Assembly (NCBI GenBank): GCA_951406725.2
Contig: OX597823.1
Coordinates: forward strand, 90,272,001-90,336,000
DNA: 64,000 nucleotides
Origin: Octopus vulgaris
Taxonomy: Eukaryota
Reading direction: 5' to 3'
This document shows positions 25,285 through 37,334 of the stretch, piece after piece. The position numbers were made by a program, and so were the translations under genes. Numbering within the stretch: position 1 is the stretch's first letter; each line of letters starts with the position of its first letter. The notes below the pieces were generated by a model that was given only the letters and a program-made list of their open reading frames with translations, did no database searches and was not told where the DNA came from.

Positions 25285-27475
25285 GGTGGTGAGCTGACTG
25301 AATCATTGGTGAACCAGACAAAATACTTAGCAGCGTTTTTTCTGTTTTTACATTCTGGGTTCAAATTGCACCAAGGACACCTTTGCCTTTCATCATTTCA
25401 GGGTTGATAAATTAAGTATCAGTGAAACACAGGGGTTGATTACAGCGACTAGTCCCCACCCAAAACTTCCAGGCTTTCTGCTTTTAATAGAAGGGATTCA
25501 TCATCATCATCATCGTTTAACGTCTGGTTTCCATGCTAGCATGGATTAGACGATTTGACTGAGGACTGGCGAACCAGATGGCTGCACCAGGCTCCAATCT
25601 GATTATTATTGTTATTATTATTATTATTATTATTATAATAATTATTATTATTAAGGTGCTGAGCTAGCAGAATGGTTAGGATGCTGGACAGAATGCTTAA
25701 CATCATTTCATCCATCTTTCCGTCTCAAGTTGAAGTTTTATTGGGGTCAACTTTGCTCTTCATCCTTCTGAAGTCATCATCACCATCATCATCATCATCG
25801 TTTAACATCCGTTTTCCATGCTGGCATGGGCTGGACAGTTCGACTGGAGTCTGGGAAGCCAGAAGGCTGCACCAGGCTCCAATCTTGATCTGGCAGTGTT
25901 TCTACAGCTGGATGCCCTTCTTAACCCCAACCACTCCAAGAGTATAGTGGGTGCTTTTTACGTGCCACCGGCACAGGGGCCAGTCTAGGCGGCGCTGGCA
26001 TGTTCGGTTGGTGTTTTTTATAAAATAAGCACAAGTTGAACACTGGGGTTGACGTAAATCGACTGGTCCCCCTCCTCCAAAATTTCAGAACTTGTGTCTA
26101 TCATAGAAAAAATTATTATTATTTACTGGCAGAATCGTTAGCACGCTGGGTGAAATGCTTAGCGGTATTTTGCCTGCCGCTATGATCTGAGTTCAAATTC
26201 TGCCGAGGCTGACTTTGCCTTTCACCCTGTTGGACGTCGATTAAATAAGTGCCAGTTATGCACTGGGGTCTATGTAATCGACTTAACCCCTCACTGCAAA
26301 TTTCAGGCCTTGTGCCTATAATAGAAAAGATTATTATTATTCTTTACTCTCATAGCATTGCAGACATATTTGATTGACACATTTTATTTCAAAGATTTTA
26401 CTGTTTTATCTTTTTTGTGGTTTTGTCATATGACTGTGGCCATGCTGGGGCATCTCCTTCAAAAGTTTAGTCGGACTAATCAACCTCAATGCTTATTTTT
26501 TAAAGCCACTTTGAGCTGAACTACTAAGTCACAGGGATGTAAACAAACCAACACATGTTATCATGCACTGGTGGTGGTGATGGAGAGAAACATAATGCAA
26601 ATCTACTCACAAGGCTTTGAGCAGCCCAGGGCTATAACTGAAGACATTTGCCCAAGGTGCCATTCAATAATGGTTGAGAAGCAAAGCCTCTTAACTGTGC
26701 AACCCCACCTGAGACGATAAGCATTTAATCTTTTATCTTTTACTTGTTTCAGTCATTTGACTGCAGCCATGCTGGGGCACCACCTTGAAGGGTTTTAGTC
26801 AAACAAATCGACCCCAGGACTTATTTCCTTTTAAGCCTGGTACATATTCTCTCGGTCTATTTTGCCAAACCTCTAAGTTATTGGGACATAAACAAACAAA
26901 CACCATCATCAAGTGGTGGTGGGTAGGGATTAATACACACACACTCATACAATGGGTTTCTTTCAGTTTCAATCTAACAAATCTACTCAAAAGGCTTTGT
27001 TCAGCCTGGGGCTATAGTAGAAGACACTTGCTTAAGGTGGCATGCAATGGAACTGAACTCTGAACCATGCAGTTGGGAAGCAGGCTTCTTACCTCACAGC
27101 CATACCTGTACCTATATGATATTGAAATTTCTTTTGGAGTTCTAGTAAAAAAAAATTATAATTGTCCAAGAAGGAGCTACCCTCAATACCCAGGGATTTA
27201 CAACAACACAAAGAAAATAGTTTTGTCTCATAAACTTGGAAAGCTTTATTTGCTCACATGCATTTTCCAATCCAAAATTCTGCCAGTCTAATGCCGTAAG
27301 TAGAAATAAATACATTAAAGCAGTTAAAAAATTGTAATTATCATTCCATTTGTAATTAGTTTTAGTGGAAATGGTACGCAACCATTTTTGTAAGTATATC
27401 AATATATTGTCTCTGAAGATGGACAGATGCATGTTCTAGAATATAGCAACCATAAATGCTCACAAACATTTTGAA

Positions 27476-27513
<38 letters not shown>

Positions 27514-27564
27514 AAAGGTAAAGGTGATGCCCTAGATACAAATAATTACAGAGGTATCAAGCTG

Positions 27565-28971
27565 TTGGATCAAGTAATGAAGGTTACGGAGAGGGTCATA
27601 GCCCAACTAATTAGAGAGAGAGTTAGTTTAGATGAGATGCAGTTTGGGTTCGTGCCAGGGAAAAGTACCACTGATGCTATATTCCTGGTAAGGCAGCTGC
27701 AGGAGAAATACCTAGCCAAAGATAAGCCCCTGTACCTGACTTTCGTTGACATGGAGAAAGCTTTTGATAGGGTCCCCCGATCCCTTATCTGGTGGTCAAT
27801 GAGGAAACTAGGGATAGATGAATGGCTGGTGAGGACTGTGCAAGCCATGTACAGAGATGCCGTAAGTAAGGTTAGGGTTGGCAACATGTACACAGAAGAA
27901 TTCAAAGTAGAGGTTGGGGTCCACCAGGGTTCAGTACTCAGCCCCCTCCTATTTATCATAGTACTCCAGGCAATTACGGAGGAATTCAAGACAGGCTGTC
28001 CCTGGGAGCTCCTCTACGCTGACGACCTTGCTCTTATTGCTGAGTCACTATCAGAACTGGAGGAGAAGTTCCAGGTGTGGAAGGAGGGTTTAGAATCAAG
28101 GGGCCTTAGAGTCAACCTAGCTAAAACCAAAGTACTAATAAGTAGAAAGGTAGACAATCCACAAATATCTTCAGGAAGATGGCCCTGCTCGATCTGTAGA
28201 AAAGGTGTAGGTAGAAACTCTATAAGATGTACCCAGTGTAAGCTATGGACACATAAGAGGTGCAGCAATGTCAAAGGTAGGCTAACTGGGAAGATAGTTT
28301 TTGTATGTGGCAGATGCTCGGGAGCATTAACCTCCGAAAATCTGCAAAAAACAACTTCCGTCACTTTCCAGGGGGAAAAACTAGAAGTAGTTGATAGCTT
28401 CCGTTATCGAGGTGACCAAGTCAGTAGTGGGGGTGGGTGCGCTGAAAGTGTAACTGCTAGAATAAGAATAGCCTGGGCAAAGTTTAGGGAGCTCTTACCT
28501 CTGCTGGTGACTAAAGGCCTCTCGCTCAGAGTAAAAGGCAGACTGTATGATGCGTGTGTACGAACAGCCATGCTACATGGCAGCGAAACATGGGCCGTGA
28601 CTGCTGAGGACATGCGTAAGCTCGTGAGGAATGAAGCCAGTATGCTCCGATGGATGTGTAATGTCAGTGTACATACTCGACAGAGCGTTAGCACCTTGAG
28701 AGAAATGTTGTACCTAAGAAGCATCAGTTGTGGTGTGCAAGAGAGACGATTGCGCTGGTATGGTCATGTGGCGAGAATGGATGAAGATAGGTGTGTGAGA
28801 AAGTGCCAATCCCTAGCAGTTGAGGGAACCCGTGGAAGAGGTAGACCCAGGAAAACCTGGGACGAGGTGGTGAAGCACGACCTTCGAACTTTAGGCCTCA
28901 CTGAGGAAGTGACCAGAGACCGAGACCTTTGGAAATATTCTGTACGTGAGAAGACCAGGCAGGACAAGTGA
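27565..28971 (+). CDS. RTE reverse transcriptase, open but 5'-truncated (no endonuclease), with PHD-like finger
   Basis: 468-aa open frame with complete RT core; reads FRYRG where the second copy has FRYLG. Confidence 0.85.
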   Translation: MDQVMKVTERVIAQLIRERVSLDEMQFGFVPGKSTTDAIFLVRQLQEKYLAKDKPLYLTFVDMEKAFDRVPRSLIWWSMRKLGIDEWLVRTVQAMYRDAVSKVRVGNMYTEEFKVEVGVHQGSVLSPLLFIIVLQAITEEFKTGCPWELLYADDLALIAESLSELEEKFQVWKEGLESRGLRVNLAKTKVLISRKVDNPQISSGRWPCSICRKGVGRNSIRCTQCKLWTHKRCSNVKGRLTGKIVFVCGRCSGALTSENLQKTTSVTFQGEKLEVVDSFRYRGDQVSSGGGCAESVTARIRIAWAKFRELLPLLVTKGLSLRVKGRLYDACVRTAMLHGSETWAVTAEDMRKLVRNEASMLRWMCNVSVHTRQSVSTLREMLYLRSISCGVQERRLRWYGHVARMDEDRCVRKCQSLAVEGTRGRGRPRKTWDEVVKHDLRTLGLTEEVTRDRDLWKYSVREKTRQDK

Positions 28972-29055
28972 GCCCAGCCCACTTATGAATGCCTTTCCTC
29001 CCTTGGACACAAAGACCGGTTGAGGCAAGCGAAGTCGATATAGAACCTCATCCGA

Positions 29056-29505
29056 CGACAGACACCCATGCCAACCCCCCATGCTTGCGAAGACATGTTG
29101 GGGCAAGCGAAATCGAAATCGAAACCGAATTGAACCAGCCAGGATCCCTGGCCTGGTGGTACGTAAAAAGCACTATCCGACTCGTGGCCGTGGCACGTAA
29201 AATACTCCAATGCGACCGTACGACAGGCACCCATGCCAACCCCCTTTGCTTGTGAAGACATGTTGGGGCAAGCGAAATCGAAATCGAATTGAACCAGCCA
29301 GGATCCCTGGTCTGGTGGTACGTAAAAAGCACTATCCGACTCGTGGCCGTGGCACGTAAAATACTCCAATGCGACCGTACGACAGGCACCCTTGCCAACC
29401 CCCTTTGCTTGTGAAGACATGTTGGGGCAAGCGAAATCGAAATCGAATTGAACCAGCCAGGATCCCTGGTCTGGTGGTACGTAAAAAGCACTATCCGACT
29501 CGTGG
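29056..29505 (+). repeat. ~160-bp tandem repeat (about 2.8 units) in RTE 3' UTR
   Basis: Unit starts at 29056, 29221 and 29380. Confidence 0.92.
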
Positions 29506-30780
29506 CTGATGCCAGCACCGCCTCGACTGGCTTCCGTGCCGGTGGCACATAAAATACACTAATCTGACCGTGGCCGTTGCCAGCCCCGCCTGGCACCTGT
29601 GCAGGTGGCACGTAAAAAGCACCCACTACACTCACGGAGTGGTTGGCGTTAGGAAGGGCATCCAGCTGTAGAAACATTGCCAGATTAGACTGGAGCCTGG
29701 TGCAGCCTTCTGGCTTCCCAGAACCCCGGTCGAACCGTCCAACCCATGCTAGCATGGAGAACGGACGTTAAACGACGATGATGATGATGATGATTATTGA
29801 GTGAGAGAGCAGTGCATGCCATCAAAGTGACACTGGGGTAAAATATATGAAGTCCTGTATACCCATCATGACTACCTGTCTGATAAGGGTACACCAGGCA
29901 CATGCATCACAACCATATGTGCGTGACATGGTGATATCATATTAAGATAAACAGCGCATGACCTTGCAGGTGGGGCCTAGTTCGAATTTTCTTCTGGTCA
30001 AGTAACTCACCACACTCAAATGGTCCTTGAATAGTGGTTGTTTAAGGATGTTGAACGAAACACCCATGTTTCCAAAGGCAAATTATTCAAACCCCAAAGA
30101 ATCCCCCTCAACACATGGCTATGATGCTCCCCCACTACTTCTGCTCATGATCAGAGATGCAGTTCTCATTATTATTATTATTATTATTATTATTTTAACT
30201 TCAGACAATTTATTTGAGTTTTACATAATATATGATGCACACACATTGACAAACTGCAAAATAAAAGCCGTCGCTTCACTTGATTTATGCTTCTCTTTGT
30301 CTATGGCAAGTTTTGTGATTCATTACCAGAATTATAATAAAAATAACCAAAATAAAAAAGAAAAAATAGACCCAAAAGAACCCTTTCTTAATCATGTATG
30401 CTGTACAGTCTCATTCAGATAATTGTCGAGTGATTGGCGAATATCTTAGAAAGACAATTGTTTGCAACACCAACAACAATATGTCATATCCTGAGGTGTT
30501 TTATTTTCTATCAGAGCTGAATACCAATCAACAAGACAACAACTACCATCAGATCAGAAAGTCATTTAAAACTTCTATGCACAGCCCCCAACCCCTGCAC
30601 AAAATGGTTAGCATCAACTTTAGGTGAATTTAGCTTTTATTTCCTAATTGCAGAATGGTTTATATCTATGTTGTTTGGTGTCTCTCTCTATACTTTGAAT
30701 CCTTGAACTTAATTTTCCTTAACCATGTTTTTTCATTGTCTCTTAAAGAATGATACTTCATTGTCCCTCTTCGTCTGCAT

Positions 30781-31012
30781 CAGGGGTTCTCAACCATTTT
30801 TCACCTTTGGACTCCTTTGATTCTCCTTTTTCTCTACTGGACCCTAATAGCTATTTGATGTTTTAAAAATCCTATTATATTTTTGTGATGAAATATTTTT
30901 AGGAATTGTAGAAAAAAAATGTTAAAATATTTTGTGTATTGTACATAAATTTGAACAAGAAAATCTTATATAGACCCCTAATGGCCATAGGGATCCCAGC
31001 TGAGAACCATTG
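30781..31012. mobile_element. hAT-like MITE
   Basis: Termini CAGGGGTTCTCAACC...GCTGAGAACCATTG; second copy at ~41936-42211; 8-bp TSD is degenerate. Confidence 0.7.
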
Positions 31013-31432
31013 ATTTAGATTCCCCAGACATTGATATCTGTAAGGCCCATTACATATGATGCAAGCATATTTTATCTGGGTCCATGCTCAAGGATACTTG
31101 ATGGCCCAGTCTTGGGGTCATTACATAATAATATGTATTGCATGTGTGTGTGTGTGTGTGTGTGTCTTGGTTGTTTAACCCCAAGTCAGATTCTGTGATT
31201 TTAAAGGTATTTCAGCTGTGATGTGACCATTCCCTTTTCTGGAATGAGAAGAATGGGCACCACTGCTTTTAATTAAACAACTTAACCCTGGGACTCATTT
31301 TTTGTCAGCCTAATACTTATTCTATTGGTCTCTTTGTTTTTGCTGAACTGGTAAGTTACGGGGACGTAAACACACCATTGTTTGTCAAGTGATGGTGGGG
31401 GGGGGGGACAAACACAGACACACAAACGCGCA

Positions 31433-31470
<38 letters not shown>

Positions 31471-31644
31471 ACAGGCTTCTTTCAGTTTCGATCTACCAAG
31501 TCCACTCACAAGGCTTTGGTCAGCTCAAGGCTATAGTAGAAGACACTTGCCCAAGGTGCCATGCAGTGGGATGAACCCGGAACCATGTGATTGGTAAGAA
31601 AAAAAAAAAAATATATATATATATATATACACACATATATATTT

Positions 31645-32126
31645 GTGAAAGAGGACAACAAACGCCGAGGCATAATAAGCATCTCAAGTCATTTACATTA
31701 TTTTATATTATTCTTAAATTAGATGAAGTCTTACTGCTGTTTCTAGGGTATCCCAAGTGATAGGCAAGTATGCCTGAATATGGGGTATTCCGTCATCAGA
31801 GCCTAGTATAGAACATCTGAAAAATCTAGACATGGAGAATTCTCAGATAATCAGCAATGAAATAGAAGAGTAGAGAGTAAGGAAATGAAGTTCATAGTTC
31901 GTCTTTCTGAAGGTGTGGATGTTAGTCTGAATGTCCTTAGGTAAAATCCAAGGTAAATCCAGGCAGTATTTCGGCAAAGTATAAGTAGTGTGTTCACAGC
32001 ATAAATATCCAAGCAATATTTTGGCAGAAATGGGAATGGTGTGTTCAAATAGAGATGGCTGGTTTGTGAGAGAATGATTTTGTGCTAACACCACTTTTAT
32101 AGTCATTCTCTCACAAACCAGTCATC
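31645..32126 (-). mobile_element. Penelope-like-tail element with hammerhead motif (31727-31804) and terminal hairpin
   Basis: Minus strand AGGCT-CTGATGA-(imperfect stem II)-GAAA-CAGCAG-TA-AGACT, tail ending in (TA)n; upstream boundary uncertain. Confidence 0.6.
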
Positions 32127-32552
32127 AGGTGAACTGTGGTTTCTAATGTGTCCTTCCTTTTTTAAGATGATAAGGTAGGATTTGAGGGAGATCACTTTGC
32201 CTGTCACCCTTTTAGGGTTGATAAAATAAGTATCATTCAAGGACTGAAGTCGATGTAATTGACTAAGTCCCTCTTGCTCCAGTTATTGGTCTTGTGCCAA
32301 AATTATTATTATTATTATTATTCTTATTATTATTATTAAGGCGGCGAGCTGGGAGAAACGTTAGCACGCCGGGTGAAATGCTTAGCAGTATTTCATCTGT
32401 CTTTATGTTCTGAGTTCAAATTCCGCCAAGGTTGACTTTGCCTTTCACGTTTTCAGGGTTGATAAATAGTACCAATTGTATACTGGGGTTGATCTAATCA
32501 ACTGGCCCCACCCCCACCAAAAATTTTGGGCCTTGTACCTCGAGTAGGAAAG

Positions 32553-32594
<42 letters not shown>

Positions 32595-33138
32595 GTTATT
32601 ATTATCACCATTGAGTGAAAGAGCAGTGCATGACATCAAAGTGACACTGGAGTAAAATATATGAAGTCCAGGATACCTGTCTGATAAGGGTACACCAGGC
32701 ACTTGCATCACAACCATATGAGCATGACATGGTGACCTTATATCAAGATAAACAGCTCATGACCTTGTAAGTGGGGGCCCAGATAGAATTTTCTTCTGGT
32801 TGACTATTGATGTCGATGTAATTGGCTTAACGCCTTCACCGAAACTGCTGGACTTGTGCTAAAATTTGAAACCATTATTATTATTATTATTATTATTGGT
32901 AATAATAGTGAGAGTTCTACAAACAAAATGTACTAAAACTAAACTTGATATCTGTTGAGAGCAGAACAGCGTTTGTTCATTGTTCCAAGTACTTTTATTT
33001 CTGCTCTTGCTTGTCTGTCTCTCTTTTCAACCACTTATACTACCTCCAACACTTATTCAATAACACCGCCACCATAACTACAAGTACCACCACCACTGCC
33101 ACCACTACCGCTACAGCTATTACTGCTGCTGCTGCTGC

Positions 33139-33176
<38 letters not shown>

Positions 33177-33789
33177 GCACTACAATATCAAATGCTGGTG
33201 CAACAAATAGTGGTACCACCACCATGACTGCTAGCATGACCAATCTTGCAACCCCCCCCATCACCACCACCACCACTGCCGCTACTACTACTACTACTAC
33301 TGCTGCCATCGCCACCACCACCACTAAAGAGAAGCAATTGGAGACTAGTGAAAAGAATAGTCAACATCCTGTCAGTGATGATGATGTAATAGTCAGGTGG
33401 TCAAAGAGGATAAAAGGATGTAGGGGTGGTGGTATTATTATTATTATTATCATTGTTATTGCTGTCACCCTGACTGTCCTACTTCCGCTGTATGGAGTGG
33501 ACCATTCCATTCAAACTGACCCACATTAATCTGAGTCTGACATTTCACTCAAGCTGGTTCATTGAAAGTAACTTAGTATACTACTACTACTACTACTACT
33601 ACCGCCTTTGCTACTACCACCACTAACACCAGCACTACTACAACTACAACCACCACCACCACCACTACTTATAGAATATGGTGGTGATGATGATGGATCT
33701 TCATTGTTCAATAATGAGGATTCAGTTGTTTGATCCACTGAATTGACTGTTCTTGAATTAATGTGTGAGTGACTGAGTATTCCACAGAG

Positions 33790-33982
33790 ATGGTGAAAGC
33801 AAGGTAGACCAAGAAAAATGTGGAGGGGACATGTAGAGGAGGAGATTGGGAGGGTTGGCTTGAGAAGGAAGGACACCCAAAACTGGGCAAGATGGTGTGA
33901 GGGTGGTTACTATGGCATTGAGGTAGATCCAACCACCCCTGTTAATGGGGACAAAGCCAGTATTCAAAACGATGGATGATGA
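33790..33982 (+). mobile_element. 3' fragment of a second, older RTE-type LINE
   Basis: QGRPRKMWRGHVEEEIGRVGL...QNWARW, short UTR, (GAT) tail. Confidence 0.65.
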
Positions 33983-33994
33983 TATATATATATA

Positions 33995-34537
33995 TGAAGG
34001 TGAGTCAAAAAGTAATGCCATTTTGTTTAGGACAGGTATAATTACCAACATAGGAAACTGTATCATACATCAAAACGAAGCTGGTCCTCTGTGGATCACA
34101 TCCCTACTTCTCAACATAGTCACCGTTTCTCTCTAGCAATGTTCCACCTTCGAATAAGATATGTATCCCTGCCCCATAAAATTCTGTTGACTGTTCTTTT
34201 AGCCACTTTTTCACTACAGCTTTCACTTCCTCATCACACTATCAGCTCTTTGGCCCCACGAAAGAGGGCTTCAGAGGCATACATTATTCCAGTGATGAGG
34301 AAGTGAAAATTGTAGTGAAGAAGTGGCTCAAAGAACAGTCAACAGAATTTTATGGGGTAGGGATACATGCTCTCATTCGAAAGTAGAACATTGCTATTGA
34401 GAGAAACGGTGACTATGTTGAGAAGTAGGAATGTGATCCACAGAGGACCAGCTTCATTTTGATGTATGATACATGTTCCTGTGTTGGTAATTATACCTGT
34501 CCTAAACGAAATGGCATTACTTTTTGACTCACCCTCG
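33995..34537. mobile_element. Fold-back mariner MITE built from two inverted transposase 3' ends
   Basis: Arms 33995-34237 and 34292-34537; TA flanks; right arm encodes DEEVKIVVKKWLKEQSTEFY...IERNGDYVEK*, a mariner C-terminus. Confidence 0.9.
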
Positions 34538-34550
34538 TATATATATATAT

Positions 34551-36737
34551 CATCATCATCATCATCATCGTTTAGCATCCGCTTTCCATGCTAGCATGGG
34601 TTGGACGGGTCAACTGGGGTCTGTGAAGCTGGAAGGCTTCGTCAGGCCCAGTCAGATCTGGCAGTGTTTCTATGGCTGGATGCCCTTCCTAACGCCAACC
34701 ACTCCGCGAGTGTAGTGGGTGTTTTTTACGTGCCACCTGCACAGGTACCAGACAGAGCTGGCGAACGGCCACGAACAGATGGTGCTTTTACGTGTCACCG
34801 GCACGGGGCCAGGCGATGCTGGCAACGGACACGAACGGATGGTGCTTTTACGTGCCACCGACACGGGGCCAGACAGAACTGGCAACCGGCCACGAACGGA
34901 CGGTGCTTTTACGTGTCACCGGCACGGGGGCCAGCCGAGGCTGGCAATGGACGCGAACGGATGGTGCTTTTACGTGCCACCGACACAGTTGCCAGACAGA
35001 GCTGGCAAACGGCCATGAGCGGACGGTGCTTTTACATGTCACCGGCACGGGGCCCAGCCGAGGCTGGCAACGGACACGGACGGATGGTGCTTTTACGTGC
35101 CACCGACACGGGGCCAGACAGAGCTGGCAAACGGACATGAACGGATGGTGCTTTTACGTGCCACCGACACGGGGCCAGACAGAGCTGGCAAACGGCCACA
35201 AACGGACGGTGCTTTTACGTGTCACCGGCACAGGGCCAGGCGAGGCTGGCAACGAACACGAACGGATGGTGCTTTTACGTGCCACCGACACGGGGCCAGG
35301 CAGAGCTGGCAAACGGCCATGAGCGAATGGTGCTTTTACGTATCACCGGCACGGGTGCCAGACGAGGCTGACAGCGGACACGAACAGATGGGTCACTTAA
35401 CCCCTGCTTTCTGATATATGATTTGATTTTGATTGTTCTCACTGGTCTTGCCGGGTCTTCTCACGCACAGCATACTTCCATAGGTCTCGGTCTCTGGTCA
35501 TTTCCTTGGTGAGACCTAGAGTTCGAAGGTCGTGCTTCACCACCTCGACCCAGGTTTTCCTGGGTCTACCTCTTCCACAGGTCCCCTCAACTGCCAGGGT
35601 GTGGCACTTTTTCACACACCTATCTTCATCCATTCTCACCACATGACCATACCAGCGCAATCGTCTCTATTGCACACAACATCTGATTCCTCTTAGGTCC
35701 AACTTTTCTCTCAAGGTACTTACACTCTGTCGACTATGAACACTGACATTACACATCCAACGGAGCATACTAGCTTCATTTCTCGCGAGCTTACGCATGT
35801 CCTCAGCAGTCACGGCCCATGTTTCACTGCCATGTAGCATGGCTGTTCGTACACATGCATCATACAGTCTGCCTTTTACTCTGAGCGAGAGGCCTTTAGT
35901 CACCAACAGAGGTAAGAGCTCCCTAAACTTTGCCCAGGCTATTCTTACTCTAGCCGTTACACTTTCAGCACACCCACCCCCACTACTGACTTGGTCACCA
36001 AGATAACGGAAGCTATCAACTACTTCTAGTTTTTCCCCCTGGAAAGTGACGGAAGTTGTTTTCTGCAGATTTTCAGAGGTTAATGCTCCCGAGCATCTGC
36101 CACATACAAAAACCATCTTCCTAGTTAGCCTTCCTATGACATTGATGCACCTCTTATGTGTCCATAGCTTACACTTGGTGCATCTTATAGAGTTTCTACC
36201 TACACCTTTTCTACAGATCGAGCAGGGCCATCTACCTGAAGGCGTTTGTGATTTGTCTACCTTCCTACTTATTAGGACTTTGGTTTTAGCTAGGTTGACT
36301 CTAAGGCCCTTCGATTCTAAACCATGCTTCCACACCTGAAACTTCTTCTCCAGTTCTGATAATGACTCAGCAATTAGAGCAAGGTCATCAGCATAGAGGA
36401 GCTCCCAGGGGCATCCTGTCTTGAATTCCTCCGTTATTGCCTGGAGGACTATGATAAATAGGAGGGGGCTGAGGACTGAGCCTTGGTGGACCCCTACCTC
36501 TACCCGGAATTCTTCACTGTACTCATTTCCAACCCTCACCTTACTAGCAGCGTCCCTGTACATGGCTTGCACAGCTCTCACTAACCATTCTTCTATTCCT
36601 AGTTTCCTCATTGACCACCATATGAGGGATCGGGGGACCCTGTCGAAGGCTTTCTCCATGTCAACAAAAGCCAGGTACAGGGCCTTATCTTTGGCTAGGT
36701 ATTTCTCCTGCAGCTGCCTTACCAGGAATATAGCATC
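34551..36737 (-). mobile_element. 5'-truncated RTE-clade LINE, second copy (one in-frame stop)
   Basis: ORFs 35667-36767 and 35439-35660 closely match copy 1; YADD present; TAG at 35667-35669; same 3' tail. Confidence 0.97.
34725..35390 (-). repeat. ~60-61-bp tandem array (about 11 units, mostly alternating A/B) in RTE 3' UTR
   Basis: Core ggtgcttttacgtg(t/c)caccg(g/a)cacggggccag recurs every 60-61 bp. Confidence 0.95.
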
Positions 36738-37066
36738 ATATATATATATATATATATACACACACATGTACTCTTAACATAATTATTGTTCGGTAGAATC
36801 AATTTGATATGGTGTGTGGCAGGAACAATCCACCTGAACAACTATCGAAAAGAAAATGTTAAAACAATGACAATGAGTCTAATCAGTTTCAATTAAAGTT
36901 TTGTAATTAATTATAAATGCATAACTTTAATTAAATTTTTGTAGCTATCTTTAAGCCACTCAGCATACGAATAAAAAGTTGCTTTAAGTAAAAATGCCGC
37001 CATATTTGATGGCACAAATTTCTGTGTGCATACATATATACTCATACATACATATGTATGTATGAG

Positions 37067-37097
<31 letters not shown>

Positions 37098-37334
37098 TTA
37101 TGGCCCACCATTTATTCTTGAGTAGCATGTAATATTATTATATTTATGAATTATTGGTTTTGGCCTTTTGGCTGAGATGAAAGTAAGGTGATAGAAATTG
37201 TGAAGGCTTCAGGTAAGGAATCCGTTGATAATTTCATCTGTCATTTTGGACAGATGTACCTATCTTGGTAATAATTAATAAAAATGTCATCATTTTTTAT
37301 AATATTGATGTACTACTACTACTACTACTACTAG

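Larger units (their letters stand above)
27511..29793 (+). mobile_element. 5'-truncated RTE-clade LINE (RT ORF plus 3' UTR)
   Basis: Starts YKGKGDALDTNNYRGIKLL; QFGF, FVDMEKAFD, GVHQGSVLSP, YADD motifs; C-terminal LHGSETW, LRWYGHV, RGRPRKTW; ends in (GAT)n; inserted in an (ATT)n tract. Confidence 0.97.

Noticed and set aside
29048-29755. 235-aa minus ORF and similar ORFs at 34601-35414
   Set aside because: Antisense readings of GC-rich tandem repeats in RTE 3' UTRs.
32945-33529. 194-aa ORF resembling a mucin with a transmembrane tail
   Set aside because: The Thr/Ala runs and the poly-Ile segment are (ACT)/(ACC)/(GCT)/(ATT) microsatellites; TTG start; no supporting splice structure.
34725-35390. 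CRISPR-like appearance of regularly spaced repeats
   Set aside because: The intervening sequences are themselves homologous (tandem repeat), the array sits in a LINE 3' UTR, the DNA is eukaryotic and there are no cas genes.
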